Counted from the first letter of the stretch, positions 1-9,540 are shown. The stretch: 64,000 nucleotides of DNA from an uncultured Bacteriovorax sp. (GCA_964508305.1 CAZDSX010000001.1:43388-107387); one strand, 5' to 3'. A program made the numbers and translations. Notes: generated by a model from the sequence alone, not told the origin.

Positions 1-1
1 C

Positions 2-646
2 GAGACGATCAAGGAGCCGGGCGCGCAGCTCGGGGCCGCGAGCCAGTCTCCCGTTGGAGTCCAGCAGGGCATGGGCGTCAAGGTTGGCGCCAGCCACAAG
101 ATTTTTGAGCAGGGCCCGGCCCGCATGACCTACAACCAGCTCGACCTCATGATTGAAGGCCCGGGTTTTTTCCCCGTCCAGATGCCCAATGGTGAAGTGG
201 GCTACACCCGCACCGGCGCATTCCATCGCGACGCACAGGGCAAGGTGGTCCTGACCAATGGAGCCAAGCTCCTTCCCGAGGTGACAGTGCCGACCAATGC
301 GGTGGGCATCACCGTCTCTCCGCAGGGAGAAGTGAAGGCGGCTCTCCCACAGAACCAGGAGGCGACCATTGGACAGGTCCAGCTCGTGACCTTCATCAAT
401 GAAGAAGGCTTGAGCGCCGCCGGCGACGGCATCTACAAGGCCACCCAGGGCAGCGGCGCCCCGCTCCAGGGCGTGCCCGGAGAAAATGGCCTGGGGATCG
501 TCACCCAGGGAGCCCTCGAAGGATCAAATGTGAACGTGGCCAACAGCATGGTGGACCTGATCTCCACCCAGCGGGCCTATGAGATGAACACCAAGGTGAT
601 GAGCGTTGCCGACCAGATGATGAGCGCAACGACCAACATCAAGTGA
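2..646 (+). CDS. flgG: flagellar basal-body distal rod protein FlgG (5' truncated at window edge)
   Basis: Open frame from window start. C-terminal region ...GQVQLVTFINEEGL...NVNVANSMVDLISTQRAYEMNTKVMSVADQMM is the conserved Flg rod C-terminal domain. Confidence 0.85.
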   Translation, partial: ETIKEPGAQLGAASQSPVGVQQGMGVKVGASHKIFEQGPARMTYNQLDLMIEGPGFFPVQMPNGEVGYTRTGAFHRDAQGKVVLTNGAKLLPEVTVPTNAVGITVSPQGEVKAALPQNQEATIGQVQLVTFINEEGLSAAGDGIYKATQGSGAPLQGVPGENGLGIVTQGALEGSNVNVANSMVDLISTQRAYEMNTKVMSVADQMMSATTNIK

Positions 647-1356
647 TGGGAGCAGGTGAGATGTTGAAGCGGGCTCTTTCAGTTTTCATGATCCTCTCGG
701 CAGCGTCGACTGCCGCGCGTGCAAGCGTTGCCGAGGCCATTCAGCGGTCCGTGTCCGAACGCCTCGGGGCAAACCGGGTGGAGATCCTGGGCGCGCCGAT
801 CCTCGCCTCCGGCCAGCCGCTGGATGACGCCGAGGCGGCCTCCGTCCTAGAAGAAAACGCTCGCGGCGAGGTCCGGGTGCTCGTGCGCGGCTGGAGGGGC
901 AAGGGAGCGGGACCGCGAGTAGCGTCCCAGGCCGAGTACCGCGTGAGGGTGGCCGCATGGGTGCTGGGGTGGGTCGCTGGACGGCGCGTGCTTCCCGGCG
1001 AGGCGCTCGTCGTGGATGCGCTCAAAGTGCAAGAAATCAACGTTGCAGAAGGACTTGCCCATGAATACCGGGGAATCCTCCTTGCGCCTACCGAGGACCT
1101 GAGCAGGCTTGAAGCGCGCCAGACCCTGATCGAGGGCGGATTCGTGACATCTGCCGCGGTCAGGAAGATTCCGGATCTCCGTCGGGGGGATGTGGTCCGA
1201 CTTGAGGTTATTTCGGGGGGCGTTCGCCTCAGCACTTCGGCGCTGGCGCTGGAGCCCGCCTCCACCCAGCAGCGAGTGAGGGTGCAAACCGTGAAGGCCA
1301 AGCGCGAGCTGGTGGGTACGCTCAAGGATGGCGGAATTGTCGAGGTGGTCCTGTGA
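643..1356 (+). CDS. flgA: flagellar basal body P-ring formation chaperone FlgA
   Basis: Signal peptide (MLKRALSVFMILSAASTAARA). C-terminal SAF-like motif (GDVVRLEVISGGVRLSTSALALEP...VRVQTVKAKRELVGTLKDGGIVEV). Sits between flgG and flgH; 4-nt overlap with flgG. Confidence 0.6.
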   Translation: MMGAGEMLKRALSVFMILSAASTAARASVAEAIQRSVSERLGANRVEILGAPILASGQPLDDAEAASVLEENARGEVRVLVRGWRGKGAGPRVASQAEYRVRVAAWVLGWVAGRRVLPGEALVVDALKVQEINVAEGLAHEYRGILLAPTEDLSRLEARQTLIEGGFVTSAAVRKIPDLRRGDVVRLEVISGGVRLSTSALALEPASTQQRVRVQTVKAKRELVGTLKDGGIVEVVL

Positions 1357-2279
1357 GCGCACGCATGATCCAGAAGGTCGCCGGCGCACTGGCCGTACTT
1401 TCGCTTCTCTCCACGTCAGGCTGTGCACAGCTCCTTGGGCAGCTGCGCCGCGACCTGGACGATGGTTACTATGCCGACGAGGAGCCTGTCCGCGGAGGGA
1501 TCCTTTCCGAATATGAGGACCTCCCGTCTTCTGGCCGTTCGCCGGCCTCCGGTCGGGATGCGCGCGGGGGTGGGGACGGCTGGGTCAACAGGATGAATCG
1601 CGAGACCAACCTGCGCGATCGGCAGAGGAGCTACGGGTATTCAACGGCAGCGCACGACGATGCAGAAGCCGATGAGGACGGACAGGGGGAGCGGTCGATC
1701 CCGCAGCAGCCGCGCCGCGTGACCAGGAGCGACTTCGTCGACGCATCCGAGGACGCCGGCTCGCTCTGGTCGACCAGCGGACAAACAAACTTCTTTTTCT
1801 CAAAGAATCGAACCCGTTCCCCCGGAGATCTCATCACGATCAATATCGAGGCGGACATGGTTCGCGATCTCGCTGCCGAGGTGAAGCGTGCACTCTCTCC
1901 GGATGAGCGCGATCACGAGCTCGCCCTCCTGGAAAAGCCCGCCGCGACCAAGCCTGGAGTCGAAGGGGCCAAGGCCGACGAGAAGAAGGATGAGATCAAG
2001 CAGAGCAAGGCCGCGCCGGACGCAGGGGGCGCCGCAACCTTTGCCCAGGTCGACCTCAAGGACGCAATCGGAGCCAAGGCCGGAGACACGTTCCTTGCCG
2101 AAGTGATCGAGCGCTTTCCGAATGGGAACTACAAGATTCGTGGAACCAAGCGCCTGCCGTTCCGCGGCGGGAGCAAGCTGATGACCCTGGTCGGGGTCGT
2201 GCGTGGAAATGACCTTTCGGATGACGACAAGGTGAACTCAGGGAGACTGTATGAATATCGTCTTGAAGTCGTTCGTTAA
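1353..2279 (+). CDS. flgH: flagellar L-ring lipoprotein FlgH (with long acidic insertion)
   Basis: Lipoprotein signal LSTSGC. Conserved FlgH core GSLWSTSGQTNFFFSKNRTRSPGDLITINIEAD and C-terminal LVGVVRGNDLSDDDKVNSGRLYEYRLE. Overlaps flgA stop. Confidence 0.8.
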   Translation: MSARMIQKVAGALAVLSLLSTSGCAQLLGQLRRDLDDGYYADEEPVRGGILSEYEDLPSSGRSPASGRDARGGGDGWVNRMNRETNLRDRQRSYGYSTAAHDDAEADEDGQGERSIPQQPRRVTRSDFVDASEDAGSLWSTSGQTNFFFSKNRTRSPGDLITINIEADMVRDLAAEVKRALSPDERDHELALLEKPAATKPGVEGAKADEKKDEIKQSKAAPDAGGAATFAQVDLKDAIGAKAGDTFLAEVIERFPNGNYKIRGTKRLPFRGGSKLMTLVGVVRGNDLSDDDKVNSGRLYEYRLEVVR

Positions 2280-3270
2280 GGCAGCGCTGCTCACCATGGC
2301 CCTCGTGTCCTCCGCCCAGGCTGCGAGGCTCAAGGACATTGCTGCCGTGAAGGGCGTGCGCGAGAATGTCCTGATCGGATATGGGGTGGTGGTTGGCCTC
2401 AAGGGCACGGGTGATTCCGGCACGGACGTGACCGGCCAGTCGCTTGCGAGGCTCTTCTCCAAGCTGGGGCTCGACGTGCAGGGAAGTGGCGGGATCAAAT
2501 CCAAGAATGCCGCCGCAGTCATCGTGACGGCGAAGCTTCCCCCGTTTGCGCGCACCGGAAACAAGATCGATGTGACAGTGAGCTCGATTGGAGATTCCTC
2601 AAGCCTAGAGGGCGGGGTCCTCCTCGTAACCCCGCTCAAGGCAGGAGACCAGAATGTCTACGCCGTGGCCCAGGGTCCGGTCAGCATTGGGGCGGTTGCG
2701 GATGGCTCTACCAAGAATTTTCCCACGGTCGGCCGTGTCGTCTCGGGAGCCTCGATCGAGAAGGATCTCGACTCAAACTTCTCCGGTAAAAAGAGCTTCA
2801 GGCTCTCGCTGCATAACCCGGACTTCACGACGGCCGCGCGCGTGGCCGTGACCATCAATGGCGAACTGGGCGGAAAGTTTGCAACCGCCCGCGACAGCGG
2901 AACGATTGATGTGGTGGTGCCCTTCAACTATGACGGCAACACGGTAGAGCTGCTGGCTGCCCTCGAAAACATGACGGTCAATGTGGATGGGCGGGCCAAG
3001 GTCGTGCTCAACGAGCGCACGGGCACCGTGGTGATGGGAGACAAGGTCACGCTTTCTCCTGTGGCGATTGCCCACGGCGAACTCTCCGTCGAAGTAAAGG
3101 GTGGCGACGGCAAGAAGTCCGAACGCCTCATGGAGCTCAAGGGCGGAGCCAGCGTCTCGGATCTCGTCAAGAGCCTCAACGCACTTGGAGTTCAGCCCAA
3201 GGACTTGACGGCAATTTTCCAGACCCTCCGGGAGACCGGCGCGCTTCAGGCAGATTTGGAGATCCTATGA
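2251..3270 (+). CDS. flgI: flagellar P-ring protein FlgI
   Basis: Signal peptide, then RLKDIAAVKGVRENVLIGYGVVVGLKGTGDS and further FlgI family motifs along the full length (339 aa). Confidence 0.9.
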   Translation: MNIVLKSFVKAALLTMALVSSAQAARLKDIAAVKGVRENVLIGYGVVVGLKGTGDSGTDVTGQSLARLFSKLGLDVQGSGGIKSKNAAAVIVTAKLPPFARTGNKIDVTVSSIGDSSSLEGGVLLVTPLKAGDQNVYAVAQGPVSIGAVADGSTKNFPTVGRVVSGASIEKDLDSNFSGKKSFRLSLHNPDFTTAARVAVTINGELGGKFATARDSGTIDVVVPFNYDGNTVELLAALENMTVNVDGRAKVVLNERTGTVVMGDKVTLSPVAIAHGELSVEVKGGDGKKSERLMELKGGASVSDLVKSLNALGVQPKDLTAIFQTLRETGALQADLEIL

Positions 3271-3520
3271 TCTTTTGGAAGGACTTTATTTTGGACGACA
3301 AGTTTGGCCCTCTGCTCAGTATTGCGGATGGCCAGGGTGAGGGGGATGTGGCGGCAGTCATGGAAGACGGTGGCGGCCAACATATCCAGGAAACAAGACA
3401 GGGAAGACAGCCTGCTAGGATGGTGGGTAACAACCTTCTTGAATCACCAAATGGCCCGACCTGCAGGGATGCGGGCGCCATGTCCCCCTCTTCACCCAGC
3501 ATTCACGGCGGGGTTGAGGC
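3271..3520. promoter_or_regulatory. atypically low-GC, apparently non-coding 250-bp spacer between flgI and flgJ-flgM-flgN-flgK-flgL (candidate late-flagellar promoter region)
   Basis: Both tool ORFs here have AT-rich third positions, unlike genuine genes in this window. The region sits in front of a co-directional block of late flagellar genes. Confidence 0.3.
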
Positions 3521-3883
3521 ATGAGCGCGCCCCCGGCAATGGGAATGCGAGCCACCCCGGTTCGCAGGGATCCTGGCGTGGACATGAGCCGGGTGGACCC
3601 CGAGACCCGCAAGGCGGCCGAGGGCATGGAGTCGATGTTCCTCGATTATTTGATGCAGACCATGCGCAAAACCGTCCCAAAGAGCGAGATGAGCCTCGAT
3701 AATAATGCGTCAGAAATCTATCAGGGGATGCTCGACAGCGAGTCGGCACAACGCGCCGCGCGAGCCGGAGGGGTCGGGCTCGCCGAGCAGATCGTTGCCT
3801 ATCTCCACCGAGGTCGATACACTCAAGAGAGAGCTGCTGCTCCGACGGCAGCTGAAGTAAAAGGTACAGGAGGTACCCCATGA
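3521..3883 (+). CDS. flgJ: flagellar rod-binding protein, FlgJ N-terminal-domain-only type (no muramidase domain)
   Basis: MESMFLDYLMQTMRKT...SEIYQGMLDSESAQRAARAGGVGLAEQIVAYL matches the Rod-binding/FlgJ N-domain family. Only 120 aa. Confidence 0.65.
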   Translation: MSAPPAMGMRATPVRRDPGVDMSRVDPETRKAAEGMESMFLDYLMQTMRKTVPKSEMSLDNNASEIYQGMLDSESAQRAARAGGVGLAEQIVAYLHRGRYTQERAAAPTAAEVKGTGGTP

Positions 3884-4209
3884 AGGTGAATTCCGCGACC
3901 ACTCAGTCGATCCAGAACAAGGATATTGCGGGGGCCTCTGGCGCAAAGCGCTCGGAGAAGTCCGGCGCCGCCGGCGCGGCCTCCAAGACCGGCACCGCCG
4001 CCATCGACTCTTCGGCGGTGAAGCCGGAGATCTCAAGCAAAGCGCGCGAATTTTCCCAGGCCAAGGAAGTGGCCTCCAAGTCGCCCGATGTGCGCGAAGA
4101 AAAGATCGCCGAGCTCAAGCGCCGGATCGCCGCCGGCACCTACCAGGTCAATGCGCAAGCATTGGCCGACAAGATGGTCGACGAACACGTGTCCTCCGGC
4201 ATCGGCTAA
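3880..4209 (+). CDS. flgM: anti-sigma-28 factor FlgM
   Basis: 109 aa, Ser/Ala/Lys-rich disordered N-terminus. C-terminal VREEKIAELKRRIAAGTYQVNAQALADKMV is the FlgM family signature. Overlaps flgJ stop. Confidence 0.7.
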   Translation: MKVNSATTQSIQNKDIAGASGAKRSEKSGAAGAASKTGTAAIDSSAVKPEISSKAREFSQAKEVASKSPDVREEKIAELKRRIAAGTYQVNAQALADKMVDEHVSSGIG

Positions 4210-4297
4210 GACCTCCGGGTCCGCGCCTTTGACTGGCAGGCCTCCATGAAGGAGGCCTGAGGGGCTCCAGAAAACTGCAATCAGGAGGATTGCACCG

Positions 4298-4810
4298 ATG
4301 GAGAACGTACTCACCGAACTGCATCAAAACCTACAGAAGATCCTGTCGCTGCATCGGCAGCTGCTCGACCTGCTTCGTCGCGAGAGGGATGCGCTGGTTG
4401 GCGCCGACGCGGCAGCGATCGAAGATCGCGCCATCGAAAAGCAGGGCGTGCTCGACCAGATTGCTTTTTACGACAATGAGCGCCGCAAGCTGCTCGCGAG
4501 CGTGGGCGCAACCGCCCGGGTGGCTTCCGAACAGCTCACGCTTTCGCGTGTGGCAATCATCGCCCAGGGAGTGCAGGTCAGGATGGGCGAACAGTTTCGC
4601 AGCGTCCAGCAGGCACTCTCCCATATCATCACCCGCATCGAAGAGCAGGGCGCCTACAACCGCGAGCTCGTCGAGCGGAGCCTTGAGACCCTTGCGCAGA
4701 TGAAACGAAACATCATCGGCGCAAGCGAGCCCTCTCCGGGAACCTATTCTGCCAACGGCCAGCGGAGCGCGCAGGCTCCGGGAGCCCGCCTGATTTCGAG
4801 GGAAGTCTAG
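4298..4810 (+). CDS. flgN: FlgN-family flagellar export chaperone (for FlgK/FlgL)
   Basis: 170 aa helical protein, LHRQLLDLLRRERDALVGADAAAIEDRAIEKQGVLDQI (FlgN-like). Immediately upstream of flgK (3-nt gap). Confidence 0.5.
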   Translation: MENVLTELHQNLQKILSLHRQLLDLLRRERDALVGADAAAIEDRAIEKQGVLDQIAFYDNERRKLLASVGATARVASEQLTLSRVAIIAQGVQVRMGEQFRSVQQALSHIITRIEEQGAYNRELVERSLETLAQMKRNIIGASEPSPGTYSANGQRSAQAPGARLISREV

Positions 4811-4813
4811 ACC

Positions 4814-6235
4814 ATGGCAATGACCGGCGTCATGCAGACTGGCCGCACAGGACTCTCGGCTGCACAGGCCGGGATCTCCAATGCGGGCCATAATATTGCA
4901 AACGCCAACACGGAAGGCTTCTCGCGCCAGCGCGTCCACCAGACGGCGGAAGTCGACCGCAGCACGTCGATGAGCAGGAATCTTGTGGGCGCGGGCGCGC
5001 GCGTTGCGGGCGTGGATCGGGTTAACGACCGATTCCTGGAAAAGCAGATTCGTGCAGCCAACCGGGACCTTGCGCAGGCCGAGGAAAAGGAAATTGTCCT
5101 GAAGCAGGCCGAAGACATCTTCAACGAGATGGGCGGAGACGGGCTCAACCGCATGATGTCACGTTTCTTCAATGAGTTTCGCAAGCTCGCCAATGAGCCC
5201 GAGAACGAATCGATTCGCCAGTCTGTTCGCGAGGCCTCGCAGGCGATGATCAATGACATGAGACGCCTGCGCAAGCAGGTCGACGATGTCAGGAGCCATG
5301 TCGATTCGCGCCTTGAGGGATATGTTCGAGAAGCCAACGCCCTCACCGACGAGATCAAGGACCTCAACATCCGGATCAAGTCGCTTGAAAATGGTGGCGG
5401 ATCCTCGAATGACCTGATGGACCAGCGCGACCTCGCGCTCAAGAAGCTCAGCTCGCTGGTGGATGTCACGATGTACACGGATAACTCCGGAGGTTACATC
5501 GTCGACCTCAAGGGCCTGGGTCCGCTTGTCACCGGCGGACAGTCCGAGCAGTTCTCTGTAGAGCGTACGCCCGCAAGCGAGTCGGGCAAGGGATCGAACT
5601 CAGTTGATATCTTTCTTGTAAACGCCACCTCCGGACCAGTCACTGGCCGCATCTCTGGAGGCCGCCTCGGGGCGCTCGTCGAGGCTCGAGACAAGACCAT
5701 CGGCACGATCACTCAGCGGCTCGATGACATTGCCTACGAGCTTTCCAGGGCGGTCAACGAGGTCCACTCCCAGGGCTTTACCCGCGACGGAGCCACGCAG
5801 GTGGAGTTCTTCAAGGCCCCCGTCGCACGAGAGGGAGCGGCCGAGCAGCTTGATCTGTCGGACGCCATCAAGGACTCGGTCCACAATATTGCGGCAGCCG
5901 CGGCGCCGGAGAGCCCGGGAGACAACCGCATCGCGCTTGCCCTCTCGGGAATCCAGGGGCTGCGCATGATGAATGACGGAAAGACCACCGTGGACGATTT
6001 CTATAATTCGATCGTTTCCGAGGTGGGTGTGGCGGCCAACCGAAACAAGTCGGAGCTGAGCCAGACCAAGGATGTGAACACGCAGCTTGGAAAAATTCGC
6101 GAGCATATCAGCGGAGTTTCGATCGACGAGGAGACCACCCGGCTCATGCAGTACCAGCACGCGTTTGATGCATCAGCCCGCGTGATCAGGGTGGCCGATG
6201 AGATGATGAGGACGATTCTTTCGCTCAAGGACTGA
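4814..6235 (+). CDS. flgK: flagellar hook-associated protein 1 FlgK
   Basis: N-terminus GLSAAQAGISNAGHNIANANTEGFSRQ and C-terminus TTRLMQYQHAFDASARVIRVADEMMRTIL. 473 aa. Confidence 0.9.
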   Translation: MAMTGVMQTGRTGLSAAQAGISNAGHNIANANTEGFSRQRVHQTAEVDRSTSMSRNLVGAGARVAGVDRVNDRFLEKQIRAANRDLAQAEEKEIVLKQAEDIFNEMGGDGLNRMMSRFFNEFRKLANEPENESIRQSVREASQAMINDMRRLRKQVDDVRSHVDSRLEGYVREANALTDEIKDLNIRIKSLENGGGSSNDLMDQRDLALKKLSSLVDVTMYTDNSGGYIVDLKGLGPLVTGGQSEQFSVERTPASESGKGSNSVDIFLVNATSGPVTGRISGGRLGALVEARDKTIGTITQRLDDIAYELSRAVNEVHSQGFTRDGATQVEFFKAPVAREGAAEQLDLSDAIKDSVHNIAAAAAPESPGDNRIALALSGIQGLRMMNDGKTTVDDFYNSIVSEVGVAANRNKSELSQTKDVNTQLGKIREHISGVSIDEETTRLMQYQHAFDASARVIRVADEMMRTILSLKD

Positions 6236-6255
6236 GTGAAAGTGAGGGGTAGATC

Positions 6256-7230
6256 GTGAGAGTGACTGAGAACATGAACTTCGACTTGTCCCGCGAGACG
6301 CTGTCGAAGTCGCGCTCGCGGATGGGGCAGCTGCAGGAAAAGGCAGCCAGCACCCGCCGCCTCAACGCGCCCTCCGACGACCCCGTGGGCGCATCCAAGG
6401 TGCTGGAGATCAGGACGGACAAAGTGAATGCGGATCAGTTCATCACCAACGCGAAGCTGGCTGAAAACTTCCTGAGCAACTCGGAGGCCGCGCTAGCCGA
6501 GCTTGGAGACATCCTGATCCGTGCCAAGGAAATTGCCATCGGCCAGAGCAGTGGCGCGAGCGCAAACCCCCAGACCCGGATCGCTGTGGCCGAAGAGGTC
6601 ACGCACCTTTACCAGCAGGCGGTGGCGGCGGCGAACCGCCGGATCGGGGATCGCTATCTTTTTGGTGGATACAAGACCACCCAGCCGCCGTTTGACCGCG
6701 ATGGCAACTACCGAGGAGACGACGGCCAGATGATGGTCGAGATCTCTCGTGAAGTGTTCCTTGGGATGAATGTGCCCGGGATCGACGCCTTCAACACCAA
6801 CCCGGCGGCCGCGCGGCAGGCCCTGCAGAGGGATGCGGGAGGGCCTACCGTGTCTGGTCGGGGTCCGGCTTCGACGGCGGCACCGGAGCAGGAAAACGTA
6901 AATCTTTTCGATGAGCTGCAAAGCCTGAGGATCGGCCTCCTTTCTGGGGATCAGTCCTCGATTCAGGGAACCCTGGAGCGCTTTGACGCGCTGCATGCCA
7001 AGGTGACCTCGGTCCGCTCCATGCTGGGCAGTCGGCTTCAGGGGGTATCAGGCGCCTCACAGTCCATGGAGCGACAGATCGTGACCGGCGCTGGCCTGAG
7101 CTCGTCGATCGAAGATGCCGACATGGCGCAAGTGATGAGCGATCTCGCCCGCGAGGAGACGATCTTCAGGGGTGCTTTGGCAAGCTCCCAGAAGCTAATC
7201 CAGCCGACATTATTGGACTTTCTGAAATAA
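6256..7230 (+). CDS. flgL: flagellar hook-associated protein 3 FlgL
   Basis: Flagellin-like N-terminus (RETLSKSRSRMGQLQEKAASTRRLNAPSDDPVGA) and C-terminus (MAQVMSDLAREETIFRGALASSQKLIQPTLLDFL). Confidence 0.85.
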   Translation: MRVTENMNFDLSRETLSKSRSRMGQLQEKAASTRRLNAPSDDPVGASKVLEIRTDKVNADQFITNAKLAENFLSNSEAALAELGDILIRAKEIAIGQSSGASANPQTRIAVAEEVTHLYQQAVAAANRRIGDRYLFGGYKTTQPPFDRDGNYRGDDGQMMVEISREVFLGMNVPGIDAFNTNPAAARQALQRDAGGPTVSGRGPASTAAPEQENVNLFDELQSLRIGLLSGDQSSIQGTLERFDALHAKVTSVRSMLGSRLQGVSGASQSMERQIVTGAGLSSSIEDADMAQVMSDLAREETIFRGALASSQKLIQPTLLDFLK

Positions 7231-7324
7231 CCAGAGGTTGCCAGCCCATCCGGATTGTTCTATACGGGCCTCAGGTAATGGACTGCCGACTGACCCGTCA
7301 GTGCCGTAGGGAGAACATGAAGTT

Positions 7325-7549
7325 ATGCTCGTTTTAACCCGGAAGTTGGGCGAAAGCATCGCCATCGACGACCACATCAAGATCGTCGTTGTTCAGATCA
7401 AGGGCAAGCAGGTGCGACTGGGAATCCAGGCGCCGCGCGAGACCAAGATCCACCGCGAAGAAGTTTATTCGGCCATTCGGGATCAAAACCAGGAGGCGGC
7501 CAAGGCGCCTGCCGCAGTGGTCAACGTCTCCAAGGCCCTAAAAGGCTAG
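7325..7549 (+). CDS. csrA: carbon storage regulator / translational repressor CsrA
   Basis: [48 protein letters not shown] matches the canonical CsrA fold sequence. RBS agggag upstream. Confidence 0.9.
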   Translation: MLVLTRKLGESIAIDDHIKIVVVQIKGKQVRLGIQAPRETKIHREEVYSAIRDQNQEAAKAPAAVVNVSKALKG

Positions 7550-7639
7550 TTGGCAGGCGCAAAAAAGTACGATTCTATTGAGCAACGGCCGGGCAAGTTG
7601 GGCCCGGAGGCATGACTAGGATAGCCAAGGGGGCAGGGC

Positions 7640-8191
7640 ATGATCATTCAGACAGGACGTTTTGGTCAGCTGACGATTTCAAATGAGGATCTGATCCAGA
7701 TCCCGCAGGGGATCATGGGGTTTCCTAACCTCACCCGCTTCTGTCTCGTGGACCCTGCAGATGACACGCTCATTTTATGGCTGCAGTCGCTCGAAGACGC
7801 GCAGATTGCCTTCCCGGTTCTTGAGCCCAAGGTGTTCCGCCCTGAGTACGCCGCAAGACTGTCGGCAGCCGAGCTCCGCGAACTCAAGCTCGAGAACATC
7901 AACCAGTCGACGGTCTTCTCGATCCTCACCATCCCGGCCGATGTGACCCAGATGACGGCGAACCTCAAGGCTCCGCTTGTGATCAACCTCAAGGACCAGA
8001 TTGCGCGCCAGGTGGTTCTCCAGGAAAACGAGTACAGTGTGAAGCACCTGATGTTCAAGGAACTCAAGTCACACCTCGTGACGCTTGCGGCGGTCAACCA
8101 CGCAGCAGCGAGTGCGGACGAAAAGGCGAGTGCGCCGGTTTCGGTTCGCACCCTCACGCCTTCCAACAGCGTTCGTACGCTCCAGGCCTGA
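7640..8191 (+). CDS. fliW: flagellar assembly factor FliW (CsrA antagonist)
   Basis: MIIQTGRFGQLTISNEDLIQIPQGIMGFPNLTRFCLVDPADDT..ILWLQSLED matches the FliW family. Adjacent to csrA. Confidence 0.85.
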   Translation: MIIQTGRFGQLTISNEDLIQIPQGIMGFPNLTRFCLVDPADDTLILWLQSLEDAQIAFPVLEPKVFRPEYAARLSAAELRELKLENINQSTVFSILTIPADVTQMTANLKAPLVINLKDQIARQVVLQENEYSVKHLMFKELKSHLVTLAAVNHAAASADEKASAPVSVRTLTPSNSVRTLQA

Positions 8192-8197
8192 TCCGGG

Positions 8198-8899
8198 CTA
8201 TTGCCGGCGTCTTTGCGACTCCCTCGACATCTCGAGGTAGGAGAGCGCTTCTGCGTGATTCGGGCTCGATGACAGCACGGACTCCCACTCGATTTCTGCG
8301 TCGAGGATGTTGCCCTGGCTGTAGTGCAGCAGGCCCAGCTGGATCTTGGCGGGCAGGAAAGAGGGATTCTCGTTTTTTAGCTGTGTGAGCTCTTGGATGG
8401 CTCGGGTCACGAAGCCCTTGCGCGAGTAGGCCTTTGCCCGCCGAATGCGGATGTCGAGGGTGGTGGGATCAAGAGAAGCCGCCTTGGAGTACTCATCGAT
8501 GGCCTCATCGTAGCGGCGGTAGCGGAAATAAAGGTCCGCAAGCTCAAGGTGTTTCACCGCAAACTTGCGATCAATCACCGTTTCCACTCTTGAGAGAGGA
8601 TGTGCAACAGACTGGTTTGCCTGTTGGAATACGCCCTGTGCATCGTCATAGCGGCCGATGTCGTTGAGCAGGACGGAGAGGCAAATCGCCGCGTCAGTGT
8701 GCCGTGGGTCAAGTTGCAGTGCCTTCTTGAGCGAGGTGATGGTGGGCCCAAGTTTTCCCTGGAAGTAGTGGGAGACCCCAAGCAGATAATGTGCGTCGGC
8801 GCTGCCTGGCTCCTGCTGGGATCGCGCCAGGGCAAGAGCCTCGGCCTCCTGCCACTTTCTTTGGGAAAGCAGCGCCTGGATCCGTGCTTCACCGTTCAT
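8198..8899 (-). CDS. TPR-repeat protein
   Basis: Repeated TPR consensus (AxxxLGxxxYxxGxxxxAixxxxxALxLdP) throughout the 233 aa. Confidence 0.6.
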   Translation of the reverse strand: MNGEARIQALLSQRKWQEAEALALARSQQEPGSADAHYLLGVSHYFQGKLGPTITSLKKALQLDPRHTDAAICLSVLLNDIGRYDDAQGVFQQANQSVAHPLSRVETVIDRKFAVKHLELADLYFRYRRYDEAIDEYSKAASLDPTTLDIRIRRAKAYSRKGFVTRAIQELTQLKNENPSFLPAKIQLGLLHYSQGNILDAEIEWESVLSSSPNHAEALSYLEMSRESQRRRQ

Positions 8900-9540
8900 G
8901 GGCGGGCTCCACCGGCTGATTTTTCGAGGCTCTTTCGGGCCAGCGCTGCGGCACCCGTCCTCGGAAATCGCTCAACAAGCTTCGTCCACCTGGACCTCGC
9001 CGCCTGCACATGTCCCCGCTTGGCGTAGAAGTCGCCCACGCGGCGCTCCTTCTCGGCGAGTCGCCCTTCAAGTGCGTCAACGTCCGCGCGGGCCTCGGCC
9101 GAGAGGGCGTCGGCAGGAAAGCGGCGAAGGAACTCCCGGTAGGCCTGGATCGCGTTCTCTGCCGATGCAAGGTCTCTGGAGGTTTCTTCGGGAGTGTCCT
9201 TGAAGTAGCACTTCCCGATCCTGAACAGCGCATGTCCGATCTTTTCGTGCCTCGGATGCAGATCCCGAAAGGACTCGTAAACCGACGCGGCCTCGGGATA
9301 GGACTCTTGAAGGAAGTAGACGTCTCCCAGCATCAGCTGTGCATCGATTGCATATTTCGAGTACGAAAACTTATTCTTGATCTCGCGCAGCTTTTCAATC
9401 GCCAGGAGGTAGTGGTCATTGGCGACCTCTTCCTGCGCCTCCTTGAAAAGTGCGGCAGGGTCATCCTTCTGGGGCGCAGTTTCGGCACATCCGGCAAACA
9501 GAGCGGCAGCCGCCAGAGCCGCAATTAAAGTGATCTTCAT
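8896..9540 (-). CDS. TPR-repeat outer-membrane lipoprotein (BamD/YfiO-like)
   Basis: Lipoprotein signal MKITLIAALAAAALFAGC, then TPR helices and a BamD-like organisation. 4-nt overlaps with both neighbouring genes. Confidence 0.45.
   Translation of the reverse strand: MKITLIAALAAAALFAGCAETAPQKDDPAALFKEAQEEVANDHYLLAIEKLREIKNKFSYSKYAIDAQLMLGDVYFLQESYPEAASVYESFRDLHPRHEKIGHALFRIGKCYFKDTPEETSRDLASAENAIQAYREFLRRFPADALSAEARADVDALEGRLAEKERRVGDFYAKRGHVQAARSRWTKLVERFPRTGAAALARKSLEKSAGGARP

Noticed and set aside
741-1428. Long antisense or alternative-frame ORFs inside flgA/flgH (for example 741..1325 -, 847..1428 -), and similar ones inside many other genes (5600..6160 -, 10583..11461 -, 20800..21687 -, 29312..30526 +, 47458..48119 -)
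   Set aside because: Typical stop-codon-poor shadow ORFs of a high-GC genome. They overlap strongly supported genes and have Arg/Pro/Ser-rich nonsense composition.
3440-3470. sigma-54-like element TGGCCCGACCTGCA upstream of flgJ
   Set aside because: The GG-to-GC spacing is 8 instead of the required 10 nt. Kept only as a weak note.
3267-3702. Tool ORFs 3267..3524 (+), 3304..3702 (+) and 3176..3502 (-) in the flgI-flgJ gap
   Set aside because: AT-rich third codon positions and no family resemblance, in contrast to every convincing gene in this high-GC window. Treated as non-coding.
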